Source: Alphaproteobacteria bacterium
GTDB taxonomy: Bacteria > Pseudomonadota > Alphaproteobacteria > SHVW01
Reading direction: 5' to 3'
Length of the DNA: 64,000 nucleotides
Assembly: GCA_016869645.1 (NCBI GenBank)
Contig: VGDO01000003.1
Coordinates: 14,875-78,874, forward strand
Each line of letters opens with the position of its first letter. Positions within the stretch are counted from its first letter, which is position 1. Made by a program: the position numbers and the translations under genes. Shown piece after piece: positions 1-9,483 of the stretch. The notes beneath the pieces were generated by a model that worked only from the letters and a program-made list of their open reading frames with translations, searched no databases and was not told where the DNA came from.

Positions 1-1023
1 CGTCTGGCGGCGCTCGAGACGACCATGGCCTCGCTGGTCACAGCATCCGCCAAGCCGATCCTCGAAGGCATGCTGGCGCGCGGCTTTACCAGCGTGCGCG
101 ACGCGGGCGGCGCCGATCAGGGCTTAGCGCAAGCCGTCGAGCAGGGCCTCTTTGATGGCCCGCGTATCTTCCATGCCGGGCGCGCCCTCAGCCAGACCGG
201 CGGCCATGCCGATTTCCGCGCGCTGACCCAGATGGTCGAGCCGTGCGTCTGCTGTGCGCTGCTCGGCGGCGCACTCGGCCGCATCGCCGACGGCGTCTCC
301 GAGGTGCGCCGCGCCGTGCGCGACGAGGTGCGCAAGGGCGCCTCCCAGATCAAGATCATGGCCTCGGGCGGCGTCGCCTCGCCGACCGACCCGATCGCTT
401 TCACCCAGTATTCCCTCGAGGAGATGCGCGCGATCGTCGAGGAAGCCGAGGCGGCCCAGACCTACGTGATGGCGCACGCCTACACGGCGCGCGCGATCCG
501 GCGCGCGGTCGAATGCGGCGTGCGCACCATCGAGCATGGCAATCTGATCGACAAGGCGACCGCCCAGCTGATGGCGAAGAAGGGCGTGTTCCTGGTGCCG
601 ACGTTGTCCACCTACGACGCGCTGCACCGCTTCGGCCGCAAGGCGGGCTTTCCAGAAGACTCGATGCGCAAGCTCGAGGTCGTCCGCGGCCAGGGGCTCG
701 AAGCGCTCAAGATCGCGCGTGCCGCGGGGGTGCGCATGGGCTACGGCACAGACTTGCTCGGCGAAATGCATGTCTTCCAGGCGGACGAGTTCACGCTGCG
801 CGCCCAGGCCGTGCCTGCCGCCGAAGTGATTCAGAGCGCCACTCTGATCAACGCGGAGATCCTCCTGCGCAAGGATGATCTGGGCGTCGTCAAGTCCGGC
901 GCGCTCGCGGATTTGATCGTTGTCGACGGCAACCCGCTCGACGACGTCACTCTGCTCCAGGGCCAGGGCAAGCACATGTCCATCATCATGAAGGGCGGCA
1001 AGCTGTTCAAGAATCGTCGCTAG
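1..1023 (+). CDS. amidohydrolase-superfamily metal-dependent hydrolase, 5'-truncated by window edge
   Basis: ORF 25..1023 stays open in frame back to nt 1. It covers the C-terminal two thirds of an amidohydrolase fold (..VFLVPTLS.., ..YGTD.., ..ALADLIVVDGNPL..). The N-terminal HxH metal site is not in the window. Confidence 0.65.
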   Translation, partial: RLAALETTMASLVTASAKPILEGMLARGFTSVRDAGGADQGLAQAVEQGLFDGPRIFHAGRALSQTGGHADFRALTQMVEPCVCCALLGGALGRIADGVSEVRRAVRDEVRKGASQIKIMASGGVASPTDPIAFTQYSLEEMRAIVEEAEAAQTYVMAHAYTARAIRRAVECGVRTIEHGNLIDKATAQLMAKKGVFLVPTLSTYDALHRFGRKAGFPEDSMRKLEVVRGQGLEALKIARAAGVRMGYGTDLLGEMHVFQADEFTLRAQAVPAAEVIQSATLINAEILLRKDDLGVVKSGALADLIVVDGNPLDDVTLLQGQGKHMSIIMKGGKLFKNRR

Positions 1024-1043
1024 CGCCGACACGGGAGAATGCG

Positions 1044-1793
1044 ATGAGTGCCCAGCAGAAGAATTCGACGCCGCTCAGCCAGATCAACCGCAGCCGGCTG
1101 CGCCATATCAGCGTCGCGACCATCACGACGGCGCTGTTCAAGCGCGGCCTGCGCAACACGGCGATCCAGGGCGTAACACCCGTCAACCCGAACGCGCCGC
1201 GCATGGTCGGCGAGGCTTATACGCTACGCTACATTCCCGCGCGCGAGGATCTCGACTACATCAAGGTGTTCGAAGGACGTGGACACCCGCAGCGCGAAGG
1301 CATCGAGGCCTGCCCGCCGGGTCACGTCATGGTCATCGACTCGCGCAAGGACCCGCGCGCCGCCTCGGCCGGCGCCATCCTGATCACGCGACTGATGAAG
1401 CGTGGCGGCGCCGGCATCGTCACCGATGGCGGTTTCCGCGATTCGCCCGACATCGCCAGGCTCGAGTTTCCGGTCTATGCCGTGCAGCCTTCGGCACCGA
1501 CCAATCTGATCCGTCATCATGCCATCGACCTCAACGTGCCGATCGGCTGCGGCGACGTCCCCGTCTATCCCGGCGACATCGTCGTCGGCGACGGCGAGGC
1601 GGTCGCCGTCATTCCCGCAGAGATCGCCAATGAGATCGCCCAGGAAGCCTGGGACATGACCGTCTTCGAGGACTATGCCGAGGAGCAGGTCCGCGCCGGC
1701 CGCGCGCTCTGGGGCCTCTACCCGCCCGACGAAAAGACGCGCGCCGAGTTCGCTGCCGTCCGCGCCGAGCGGGAGAAGGCATACAAGCTCTAG
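1044..1793 (+). CDS. RraA-family protein (4-hydroxy-4-methyl-2-oxoglutarate aldolase / MenG-like)
   Basis: 249-aa ORF, 21 nt after the upstream gene. RraA-like segment ..GAILITRLMKRGGAGIVTDGGFRD.. Confidence 0.7.
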   Translation: MSAQQKNSTPLSQINRSRLRHISVATITTALFKRGLRNTAIQGVTPVNPNAPRMVGEAYTLRYIPAREDLDYIKVFEGRGHPQREGIEACPPGHVMVIDSRKDPRAASAGAILITRLMKRGGAGIVTDGGFRDSPDIARLEFPVYAVQPSAPTNLIRHHAIDLNVPIGCGDVPVYPGDIVVGDGEAVAVIPAEIANEIAQEAWDMTVFEDYAEEQVRAGRALWGLYPPDEKTRAEFAAVRAEREKAYKL

Positions 1794-2272
1794 CCGTCCG
1801 CGTCGGTGCGCAGGCGCGACCCGCGCGCCGGCGGCGGCATCGGCTTGCCCCGGGGATCCTCGTAGCCGCCGCGATAGCGGTAGACGCCTTCGCCGGTGCC
1901 GATCAGTTCGCCGCCCGAGAACACCTCGACCGAGGCGAAGAAGATCTTCCGGCCCCCGCGCGTCCGGCGCGCCACTGCGCGGACGATGCCGTCGGTCGCC
2001 TGCCCCGTGAAGTTGGTCGAGATCGACAGGCTCATGCCGCGCCTGACATTGCCCGGCACCGCGCAATAGGTTCCAGAGAAGCCGCCGGCCGCATCGATCA
2101 TGGTCATGATCACGCCGCCATGAAGCACGCCCGACCGGTTGCGATGGCGATCGGCGATATCGAGCTCGAGCACCGCGTGGCCCTCGCGCCATTCGACCAG
2201 CCGGTACCCCAGCAGGTTCTGAAAGCCGGTGATCGGCTCCTGCTGGATCGGATCGTGAGCGTCCTCGGCCAT
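1790..2272 (-). CDS. PaaI/hotdog-fold thioesterase
   Basis: 160-aa ORF with ..HGGVIMTMIDAAGG.. hotdog thioesterase signature. Convergent with the RraA-like gene, 4-nt overlap. Confidence 0.7.
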   Translation of the reverse strand: MAEDAHDPIQQEPITGFQNLLGYRLVEWREGHAVLELDIADRHRNRSGVLHGGVIMTMIDAAGGFSGTYCAVPGNVRRGMSLSISTNFTGQATDGIVRAVARRTRGGRKIFFASVEVFSGGELIGTGEGVYRYRGGYEDPRGKPMPPPARGSRLRTDADG

Positions 2273-2394
2273 TGCGCGCGCTTTCGGGGTGAACGAGGTC
2301 CGGGAAGATAGCGGAGGCAGCCCGCGATGGTCCAGGCCGAGACCGACAAGGCGATTTTGGCCCCTTCCAGACCTGGAAGGCGGAATGTAGCCTT

Positions 2395-3336
2395 ATGCCG
2401 CCGAGCAAGACCGGGCCGGCCCCACCGGAGAGCGTTCCGTCGATGTCGACATCCTCGCTTGCCAAATCGAAGCGCGCGGCGCTCGCGGGGCGCCTGCAGA
2501 TCGGCAGCTTCGTCGTGGCGCCGGGCGTGTTCGACATGATCTCCGCGCGCATCGCCGACCGGCTCGGCTTCAACGCGCTCTACATGACCGGCTACGGCAC
2601 GGTCGCGTCCCATCTCGGACTGCCCGACGCGGGCCTCGCCAGCTATCGCGACATGGTCGACCGCGCGCGCATGATCGCCGAGGGCACCAACACGCCGCTC
2701 ATCGCCGATGCCGACACGGGCTACGGCGGACCGCTCAACGTGGCGCACACCGTGCGCGGCTACGAGACGGCCGGCGTATCGGCGTTGCAGATCGAGGATC
2801 AGGAATTCCCCAAGCGCTGCGGTCACACGCTCGGTCGCAAGGTCGTGTCGATGGCCGACATGGTGCGCAAGATCCAGGTGGCATCGGACTCGCGCACCTA
2901 TGCCGACTTCCTGATCATCGCGCGCACCGACGCGCGCACCTCGCTCGGTCTCGACGAGGCGCTGCGCCGCGGCGAGGCCTATCAGCGCGCCGGCGCCGAC
3001 ATCCTCTTTATCGAATCGCCGGAAAGCGAGGCCGAGATGGCCGAGATCGGCCGGCGCTTCGACGTGCCGCTGATGGCCAACATGGTCGAGGGTGGGCGCA
3101 CGCCGGTGGTCTCGGCCGACCGGCTGAAGCAGCTCGGCTACCGTGTCGCGATCTTTCCCGCCTTCGGCTTCCTCGCGGCAGGTGCGGCGCTGCGCGCCGC
3201 CTATGGCAAGCTCAAGCGTGACGGATCGAGCGTCGGCTTCGATCGCGAGCTCTATGGTTTCGAGGACTTCAACGAGCTGATGGGCTTCGAGCGCATCTGG
3301 GAATTCGACCGCACCTATGGCGAAGACGACGAGTAG
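2395..3336 (+). CDS. isocitrate lyase/PEP mutase-family enzyme (2-methylisocitrate lyase or carboxyvinyl-carboxyphosphonate phosphorylmutase-like)
   Basis: 313-aa ORF with ICL/PEPM motifs ..ALYMTGYG.., ..LIADADTGYGG.., ..IEDQEFPKRCGH... Alternative start ATG 2443 behind GGAGAG. Confidence 0.75.
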   Translation: MPPSKTGPAPPESVPSMSTSSLAKSKRAALAGRLQIGSFVVAPGVFDMISARIADRLGFNALYMTGYGTVASHLGLPDAGLASYRDMVDRARMIAEGTNTPLIADADTGYGGPLNVAHTVRGYETAGVSALQIEDQEFPKRCGHTLGRKVVSMADMVRKIQVASDSRTYADFLIIARTDARTSLGLDEALRRGEAYQRAGADILFIESPESEAEMAEIGRRFDVPLMANMVEGGRTPVVSADRLKQLGYRVAIFPAFGFLAAGAALRAAYGKLKRDGSSVGFDRELYGFEDFNELMGFERIWEFDRTYGEDDE

Positions 3337-4234
3337 CGCGGCAAACGCGCCGGTCGCCGAGGCGACCACCTATCGCGGGATGCCCGTCGAGGAGCTCGAG
3401 CGCCAGTACAATCCGCGCATCGCGGTGCCCGACTATGCCGACTATCTCGAGCGGCACAAGGCGACAAGCGCGGCCGTCCGCAACACGCTCAAGCCCCGAC
3501 TCGACATCCGCTATGGCGAGGGTCCGAAGTCGACACTCGACATATTCCGACCCACCTCCGCCAAATCCGCATCCGGCGGCTTGCCCATCCAGCTGTTCTT
3601 TCACGGCGGCTACTGGCGCAATCTCGACAAGAGCGATTTCAGCTTCGTCGCCGTGCCGCTGGTCGCCGCGGGTGCCATGGTCGTCGTGGTCAATTACGAT
3701 CTCTGCCCGTCGGTCAGCCTCGATGAGGTGGTCGCGCAGGCCTATGCCTCGATCGCCTGGACCGCACGGCACGCCGCCGAGCACGGCGGCGACCCCGCGC
3801 GCATCTTCATCTCCGGCAACTCCGCGGGCGCTCACCTCGTCGCCATGGCTGCCGCACGTGAATGGCGGCGCGACGGACTGCCCTCCGATCTGATCAAGGG
3901 TGCGGCCGCCATCACCGGCATCTTCGACATCGCACCGGTGCTCGACATCTCGGTCAACGCCGATATCCGACTCGACGCAGCCTCTGCGTGGCGCAATTCG
4001 CCGATGTACCGGCCGCCGCGCGCGGGCCTTCGCCTTCTGGTCGCGGTTGGCGCGAACGAGACGGCGGAATGGAAGCGCCAGTCGATCGACTACGCGGCGC
4101 TCGCGCGTGCCGCCGGGGCCGAGGTCACATTCATGGAGATTCCCGGCGCCAATCATTTTTCGATCAGCGAGCCGCTCGCGGATTCGGCCGGCACGTTGTC
4201 GCGCGCGATCATTGGCCAGATGGGGCTGGCATAG
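3317..4234 (+). CDS. alpha/beta hydrolase (arylformamidase/esterase-like)
   Basis: 305-aa ORF with HGGYW oxyanion-hole motif and GNSAG nucleophile elbow. Overlaps the upstream gene by 20 nt; alternative start 3380. Confidence 0.65.
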   Translation: MAKTTSSAANAPVAEATTYRGMPVEELERQYNPRIAVPDYADYLERHKATSAAVRNTLKPRLDIRYGEGPKSTLDIFRPTSAKSASGGLPIQLFFHGGYWRNLDKSDFSFVAVPLVAAGAMVVVVNYDLCPSVSLDEVVAQAYASIAWTARHAAEHGGDPARIFISGNSAGAHLVAMAAAREWRRDGLPSDLIKGAAAITGIFDIAPVLDISVNADIRLDAASAWRNSPMYRPPRAGLRLLVAVGANETAEWKRQSIDYAALARAAGAEVTFMEIPGANHFSISEPLADSAGTLSRAIIGQMGLA

Positions 4235-4307
4235 TCGAGGCCCATTGCCGGCCCTGCGGCCGATTGCCCGCCCCACGACCTTGTCACGCTGTGGTAATGT
4301 CGCCGTC

Positions 4308-6299
4308 ATGCAATCGGCATCGCGCGGCAGGCGGGGGCCGTTGGCGCACAAGCCATTGACCGATTGGGGGAAGAGGGTGGTTCGATCCCGGCGATTTCGA
4401 TTCTGGCTGAGCAGCCTGGCCGTCTTCATGATGGTGGCCATGGCGGTCCGCCTGGGGCTCGCCTCCTGGGTCGCCTTGTTCGACACGCGCACGGTTCCCG
4501 ATCTGCTGATCGCGGTCGGCTTCGGCGCGGTAAACGACGCAGCCATGGCTCTGGCGCTTGGCCTGCCCTTCCTCATCGCGCTTTATGGGCTACAGCGGCC
4601 CTTGCGCTGGCGCCCCGTTGGCTGGCTCGCCCATGGACTGTTCATGGCGATGCTCGGCGTCCTCGTCTTCGCCGCCGTCGCCGAGTTCTTCTACTGGAAC
4701 GAGTTCAACAGCCGCTTTGCCGGGATCGCGGTCAACTACCTGATCTTTCCACGCGAGGTCATCGGCAATATCCGCGAATCCTTCGATCTGCGCGTCGTCC
4801 TGCCGCCGATCGTCGCGGCATCCCTGCTGCTCTACCTGCTGATGCGGCGCCCGTTGAGAGAGGCGTTGGTCGCGCCCCTCGCCCCCGGCGAGTTCCGGCG
4901 CAGTCTCGGCTTCACGGCCGCGGCATTCGCCGTGATACTGCCCCTGCTCTATTTCGGCCCGTTGCAGGCGAGCCAGAACCGCGAGGTCAACGAAGTCGCG
5001 CGCAACGGTCTCTATTCCCTGTTCCATGCCTTCCTGACCAACGACGCGAACTACGACGGCGTCTACCCCGGCATGGCCGAGCGCGAGGCGCTGCCGCTCA
5101 TGCGCGCGACGGTCGCGCAGGACAATACGCGCTTTCTCGATCCGGACGACCGGCGCAGCCTGCGCCGCTTCGTCGACAACGGGAACGCCCCGAAGAAGCT
5201 CAACGTCGTGCTCGTCATGAACGAGTCGTTCGGCTCGATCTTCGTCGACAGCCTGGACAATCCTCTGGTCGAATCGATCTCGCCGCATCTCGACCGCCTG
5301 GCCGAAGACGGACTGTTCTTCACCTCGATCTACTCGACCGGCGACCGCACGGTGCGCGGGCTCGAGTCCGTGCTGACCTCGTTCACGCCGATACCCGGCA
5401 TTTCGACGGCGCGGCGCGCCGGCTCCGAGGGCATGCATTCCATGCCCGTCCTGCTGCGCCAGCACGGCTACCGCTCGGCCATGCTCTATGGCGGCCGTGC
5501 CGTGTTCGACAACATGGGCCACTACTGGAACTCGATCGGCTTCGACCACGTGTGGGAGCAGAAGGACATCGCGGTTCCCGGCTTCACCACCGCCTGGGGC
5601 GTGGCCGACGAGTATCTCTACACCGATGCGCTCCGGCGCATGGACGAGCATGCGCGGCCGGGCCAGCCCTTCTTCCTCGCCTTGCTGACCGTATCGAACC
5701 ACCGGCCCTATACCTATCCGGAGGGCCGCATCGACAAGGACCCGCGCGGCAAGCGCCGCGAGAATGCGGCCACCTATGCCGACTGGGCGTTCGGCGATTT
5801 CGTCGAGCGCGCCCGCGCGCATTCCTGGTTCGACGACACGGTGTTCATCTTCATCGGCGACCACGGACCGAAGGTGAACGGCGCCGCCCAGGTGCCGGCC
5901 GAGGGCTTCCGCGTGCCTTTGCTCTTTTATGCACCGGCGCACATCAAGCCGGCGCGTCTCGACACCGTCGGTTCCAGCATGGATCTATTTCCGACGCTGC
6001 TCGGCCTGCTCGGCATCAGCCACGAGTCATCCTTCTTCGGCGTCGACCTGACGCGCGTGCCGCCTGGTGAGGGAAGGTTCGCCATGGCCCACAACTACTC
6101 GGTCGCCTGGGGCAAACGCGGGCAGGTCGCCGTGCTCGAGCCGAACGGGACGATCAAGGGGTACCGCGTTGTCGATGCAGGTCGCGAGCTCGAGCTGCTC
6201 GGCCGGCCCGATCCCGAGATCGCGCGCCTGGCGATCGCCGTAACGCAAACCGCACATCGAATGTTTTACGCGCGCGAGTATCACCAGCCGGGGTCGTGA
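4308..6299 (+). CDS. LTA-synthase/sulfatase-family membrane protein (phosphoglycerol transferase OpgB/MdoB-like)
   Basis: Long ORF 3900..6299 trimmed to the first ATG beyond the upstream gene. Multi-TM N-terminus, then an alkaline-phosphatase-superfamily domain (..NVVLVMNESFGS.., ..FIFIGDHGP..). Confidence 0.6.
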   Translation: MQSASRGRRGPLAHKPLTDWGKRVVRSRRFRFWLSSLAVFMMVAMAVRLGLASWVALFDTRTVPDLLIAVGFGAVNDAAMALALGLPFLIALYGLQRPLRWRPVGWLAHGLFMAMLGVLVFAAVAEFFYWNEFNSRFAGIAVNYLIFPREVIGNIRESFDLRVVLPPIVAASLLLYLLMRRPLREALVAPLAPGEFRRSLGFTAAAFAVILPLLYFGPLQASQNREVNEVARNGLYSLFHAFLTNDANYDGVYPGMAEREALPLMRATVAQDNTRFLDPDDRRSLRRFVDNGNAPKKLNVVLVMNESFGSIFVDSLDNPLVESISPHLDRLAEDGLFFTSIYSTGDRTVRGLESVLTSFTPIPGISTARRAGSEGMHSMPVLLRQHGYRSAMLYGGRAVFDNMGHYWNSIGFDHVWEQKDIAVPGFTTAWGVADEYLYTDALRRMDEHARPGQPFFLALLTVSNHRPYTYPEGRIDKDPRGKRRENAATYADWAFGDFVERARAHSWFDDTVFIFIGDHGPKVNGAAQVPAEGFRVPLLFYAPAHIKPARLDTVGSSMDLFPTLLGLLGISHESSFFGVDLTRVPPGEGRFAMAHNYSVAWGKRGQVAVLEPNGTIKGYRVVDAGRELELLGRPDPEIARLAIAVTQTAHRMFYAREYHQPGS

Positions 6300-6492
6300 C
6301 CGCCGGGCGGTTGCCGACCGCGCTTGAATGTGTCTCGACCGGACTGAATCGCTCCGTCGCTTGCCAAAGGCGGGGAGGATCGGGGCGGCTGGTCCTTGCG
6401 GTCGTGGGTTCCCTACCCCTCGGGCCCACCCCTCGATCCTCCCGCGCCCGAGCGCGGGGGGACGCCTCAGTTCGGTTCGATTTGAACCAGCT

Positions 6493-7239
6493 TTACGCCT
6501 GGGTCAGGAATGTCTTGTAGTCCTCGCAGATATCGTTGACCGCCGCCTCGACCAGGCGGCGCCCATGCTCGGGCGAGGAGAGCGAGGGATCGGAGCCGAT
6601 GCGCCCATCCGGGAACAGCCGGCGATAGTCCTCGGCGTCGGCGAAGGCGCGCGGCGGCTTGCCGACCGGCTCCATGCGCGCATGCTTGATCGCCTGGGGA
6701 TAGGCGAATTGCGTCACCGACACTTCGCTCGGCGTGGCGTGGCTGCCCTCGCGGTCGCCGAACAGCTCCTTGGACAGCTTCTCGACCTGCGGCGTCTGCC
6801 ACCAGTTCTTGAGCGTGCAGCGGATCGAGGGCGCATTGCTGCCGGCCTTGAGGCTGGTCTCGGCATAGATCTCGGAGAAGGCGGCCGTGACGGTCGCGAT
6901 GTTGCCGCCATGGCCGTTGAGGAAGAAGAAGCGTTCGAAGCCGTGGCGGGTCAGCGACTGCACATAGTCGCGCACGACCTGGATCAGCGTCGATGGCCGG
7001 AGCGTGATCGAGCCGGTGAAGGCCAGGTGATGCTGCGCCATGCCCACGCTGATGGTCGGGCCGACCAGGGCGCCGATCTTGTCACCGATCCTGGCGCCGA
7101 TGAATTCCGGGCAGATCGCATCCGTGCCGATCAGGCCGTTGGGGCCATGCTGCTCGGTCGAGCCGATCGGGATGATGATACCCTTGGAATCCTTTAGGTA
7201 GGTCTCGACCTCGGCCCAGGTGCTCAGGTGCAAAAGCAT
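6493..7239 (-). CDS. creatininase-family amidohydrolase
   Basis: ORF 6493..7452 trimmed to Met72 (MLLHLSTW..). Family motifs ..IPIGSTEQHGP.., ..FFLNGHGGN... Confidence 0.75.
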   Translation of the reverse strand: MLLHLSTWAEVETYLKDSKGIIIPIGSTEQHGPNGLIGTDAICPEFIGARIGDKIGALVGPTISVGMAQHHLAFTGSITLRPSTLIQVVRDYVQSLTRHGFERFFFLNGHGGNIATVTAAFSEIYAETSLKAGSNAPSIRCTLKNWWQTPQVEKLSKELFGDREGSHATPSEVSVTQFAYPQAIKHARMEPVGKPPRAFADAEDYRRLFPDGRIGSDPSLSSPEHGRRLVEAAVNDICEDYKTFLTQA

Positions 7240-7370
7240 GATCGGCGCTCCGAAATGCGGCAATGGCTGCGCTACATGCCCGATCCGGGCGATTTTGTCG
7301 ATTCCCCGTAGTTTTACCGGTCGCAAGACCTCAAGAATCGCGGCCGCCTGGCGCCTCAAATCCGCCAAAA

Positions 7371-7399
7371 TTGACAGGGCAAATAACAAAGGGTATCGG
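7371..7399 (+). promoter_or_regulatory. candidate sigma70-type promoter (TTGACA-17-TATCGG) in the divergent creatininase/ABC intergenic region
   Basis: TTGACA at 7371-7376 and a weak -10 element 17 bp downstream in a locally AT-rich stretch. Pattern match only. Confidence 0.2.
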
Positions 7400-7442
7400 A
7401 AATATATATCAGCCTCCGGAAATAAGGGGGCGGGGAGGAAAA

Positions 7443-8447
7443 TTGCCGCCATTGCTCGCGGTCAGTGAACTGCACACCGAGTTCCGCACCGGTGCGGGCT
7501 TGGTGCGCGCGGTCGACGGCATTTCCTACACGGTCGACGCGGGCGAGACGGTGGCCATCGTCGGCGAAAGCGGGTCGGGCAAATCGGTCAGTGCGCTGTC
7601 GATCCTGCGCCTGATCCCGGACCCGCCGGGCCGAATCACCCAGGGCCAGATCCTGTTCAACGGACGCGACCTCATGCGCCTCACCGAAGAGGAGATGCGC
7701 GAGGTGCGCGGCGCCGACATCGGCATGATCTTCCAGGAGCCGATGACCTCGCTCAACCCGGTGCTCACCATCGGCCGCCAGATCACCGAGACCCTGGAGC
7801 AGCACCGCGGCGACGACGCTGCAACCGCAGCACGCCGCGCCGTCGAGCTGCTCGGCCTCGTCGGCATCTCCGATCCCCAGCGGCGCCTCGAGCAATATCC
7901 GCACCAGCTTTCCGGCGGCATGCGCCAGCGCATCATGATCGCCATCGCGATCGCGTGCGATCCCAAGATGATCATTGCCGACGAGCCGACCACGGCGCTC
8001 GACGTGACGATCCAGGCGCAGATCCTCGAGCTGATGAACGGCCTGCGCGAGCGCCTCGGCATCGCGCTGATCATCATCACCCACAATCTGGGCGTGGTCG
8101 CGCGCTATGCCAATCGCGTCAACGTCATGTATGCCGGCCGCATCGTCGAAACCGGCACCGCCAGGGACGTTTATGGCGATCCGCGCCATCCCTATACCAT
8201 CGCGCTACTGCGCTCCGTGCCGCGCCTCGATCGGCCGCGCCGCGCGCGGCTCGACCCGATCGAGGGCCAACCGCCCGATCTGACCCGGCTTGGCAAGGGC
8301 TGCTCGTTCCGCCCGCGCTGCCGGTTCGCCATCGCGACATGCGCCGAGGCGCCGCCGCCGCTCGAAACCGCCGGCGAGCGAGACCACCGCTCTGCCTGCT
8401 TCCGCAGTCACGAGCTCACAAAGGCGGCGGCCGAGGCGGCAGCATGA
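7443..8447 (+). CDS. ABC transporter ATP-binding protein, peptide/nickel/opine type (OppD/DppD-like)
   Basis: Walker A GESGSGKS and signature LSGGMRQR, with the C-terminal oligopeptide-type extension. TTG start 7443 behind GGAGG. The upstream part of ORF 7263..8447 is intergenic read-through. Confidence 0.8.
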   Translation: MPPLLAVSELHTEFRTGAGLVRAVDGISYTVDAGETVAIVGESGSGKSVSALSILRLIPDPPGRITQGQILFNGRDLMRLTEEEMREVRGADIGMIFQEPMTSLNPVLTIGRQITETLEQHRGDDAATAARRAVELLGLVGISDPQRRLEQYPHQLSGGMRQRIMIAIAIACDPKMIIADEPTTALDVTIQAQILELMNGLRERLGIALIIITHNLGVVARYANRVNVMYAGRIVETGTARDVYGDPRHPYTIALLRSVPRLDRPRRARLDPIEGQPPDLTRLGKGCSFRPRCRFAIATCAEAPPPLETAGERDHRSACFRSHELTKAAAEAAA

Positions 8448-9460
8448 ACGCCATGGCGCAGGCCGAGCGACCGCTGCTCGAAGTCAAGGGCCTGCACATG
8501 CACTTCCCGATCACCAAGGGCGTGCTGCGCCGACGGCGCATCGGGGACGTCAGGGCGGTCGACGGCATCGACTTTTCGATCCAGCGCGGCGAGACCCTCG
8601 GCCTGGTCGGCGAGAGCGGCTGCGGCAAGACCACGACGGGCCGCTGCATCCTCCAGCTCGAGCGGCCGACCAGCGGCGAGGTGCTGTTCAACGGCGTCGA
8701 TATCATCAAGCTCGACGCGCGCGAGCTCCTGGCGCTGCGCCGGCGTATCCAGGTGATCTTCCAGGACCCCTACAGCTCGCTCAATCCGCGCATGAAGGTC
8801 GGCGACATCATCGCCGAGCCGATCAAGGTGCATGGTCTCCAGCCCGATGCGGCGCGGCGCACGGCGCGGGTGCGCGAGCTGCTCGAGGTGTGCGGCCTGC
8901 GCGCCAATTTCGCCGACCGCTACCCGCACGAGATGTCGGGCGGCCAGCGCCAGCGCGTGGGCATTGCGCGGGCGCTGGCCCTCGAGCCCGACCTGATCGT
9001 GTGCGACGAGGCGGTGTCGGCGCTCGACGTGTCGATCCAGGCGCAGGTCGTCAACCTGCTCGAGGATCTGCGCGAGAAGCTCGGCCTGACCTATCTGTTC
9101 ATCGCGCACGACCTCTCGGTCGTCCGCCATCTCTGCCATCGCGTCGCGGTCATGTATCTCGGGCGCATCGTCGAGCTGGCCGAATGCGACGAACTGTTCG
9201 ACAGTCCCCTTCACCCCTATACGCAGGCGCTGCTGTCCGCCGTCCAGGTCCCCGACCCGATGGTCGAGGCGGGTCGGCAGTTCCGCCCGCTCAAGGGGGA
9301 GGTGCCGAGCCCGATCAACCCGCCGGCCGGATGCGCCTTTCATCCGCGCTGTCCGATCGCGGTCGACGGCTGCAGACAGGCGAGGCCGGAGCTCAGAGAG
9401 GTCCGACCAGGACATTGGGTCGCTTGTAGTGAAGTGAATTTGGTGAGGAGTCGCGCATAA
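8444..9460 (+). CDS. ABC transporter ATP-binding protein (OppF/DppF-like)
   Basis: Walker [10 protein letters not shown] and signature [11 protein letters not shown] 8444 overlaps the upstream stop (ATGA coupling). ORF 7955..9460 trimmed. Confidence 0.8.
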   Translation: MNAMAQAERPLLEVKGLHMHFPITKGVLRRRRIGDVRAVDGIDFSIQRGETLGLVGESGCGKTTTGRCILQLERPTSGEVLFNGVDIIKLDARELLALRRRIQVIFQDPYSSLNPRMKVGDIIAEPIKVHGLQPDAARRTARVRELLEVCGLRANFADRYPHEMSGGQRQRVGIARALALEPDLIVCDEAVSALDVSIQAQVVNLLEDLREKLGLTYLFIAHDLSVVRHLCHRVAVMYLGRIVELAECDELFDSPLHPYTQALLSAVQVPDPMVEAGRQFRPLKGEVPSPINPPAGCAFHPRCPIAVDGCRQARPELREVRPGHWVACSEVNLVRSRA

Positions 9461-9483
9461 ACCCATCACGGGAGGACAAGCTC

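Noticed and set aside
3900-4307. N-terminal 136 codons of ORF 3900..6299
   Set aside because: This part overlaps the alpha/beta hydrolase gene and is Ser/Arg-rich nonsense. The start was moved to ATG 4308, where the membrane-protein sequence begins.
1224-4576. Long minus-strand ORFs 1224..2573, 2110..3369 and 3269..4576 (419-449 aa)
   Set aside because: They are antisense to confidently assigned plus-strand genes (RraA-like, PEP-mutase-like, alpha/beta hydrolase). Their Arg/Gly/Ala-rich composition is typical of stop-codon-free antisense frames in high-GC DNA. They show no RBS or recognisable domains.
4364-6070. Internal alternative-frame ORF 4364..6070 (568 aa) and antisense ORF 4590..5942
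   Set aside because: Both lie within or opposite the LTA-synthase-like gene. Their Arg/Pro/Gly-rich composition marks them as GC-driven artefacts.
6440-6492. tRNA-like T-arm motif GGTTCGATTTGAACC and GC hairpin CCCGCGC-ccgag-GCGCGGG between convergent genes
   Set aside because: No acceptor, D or anticodon arms can be built around it. It is probably just a GC-rich stem-loop or terminator remnant, not a tRNA or tRNA fragment.
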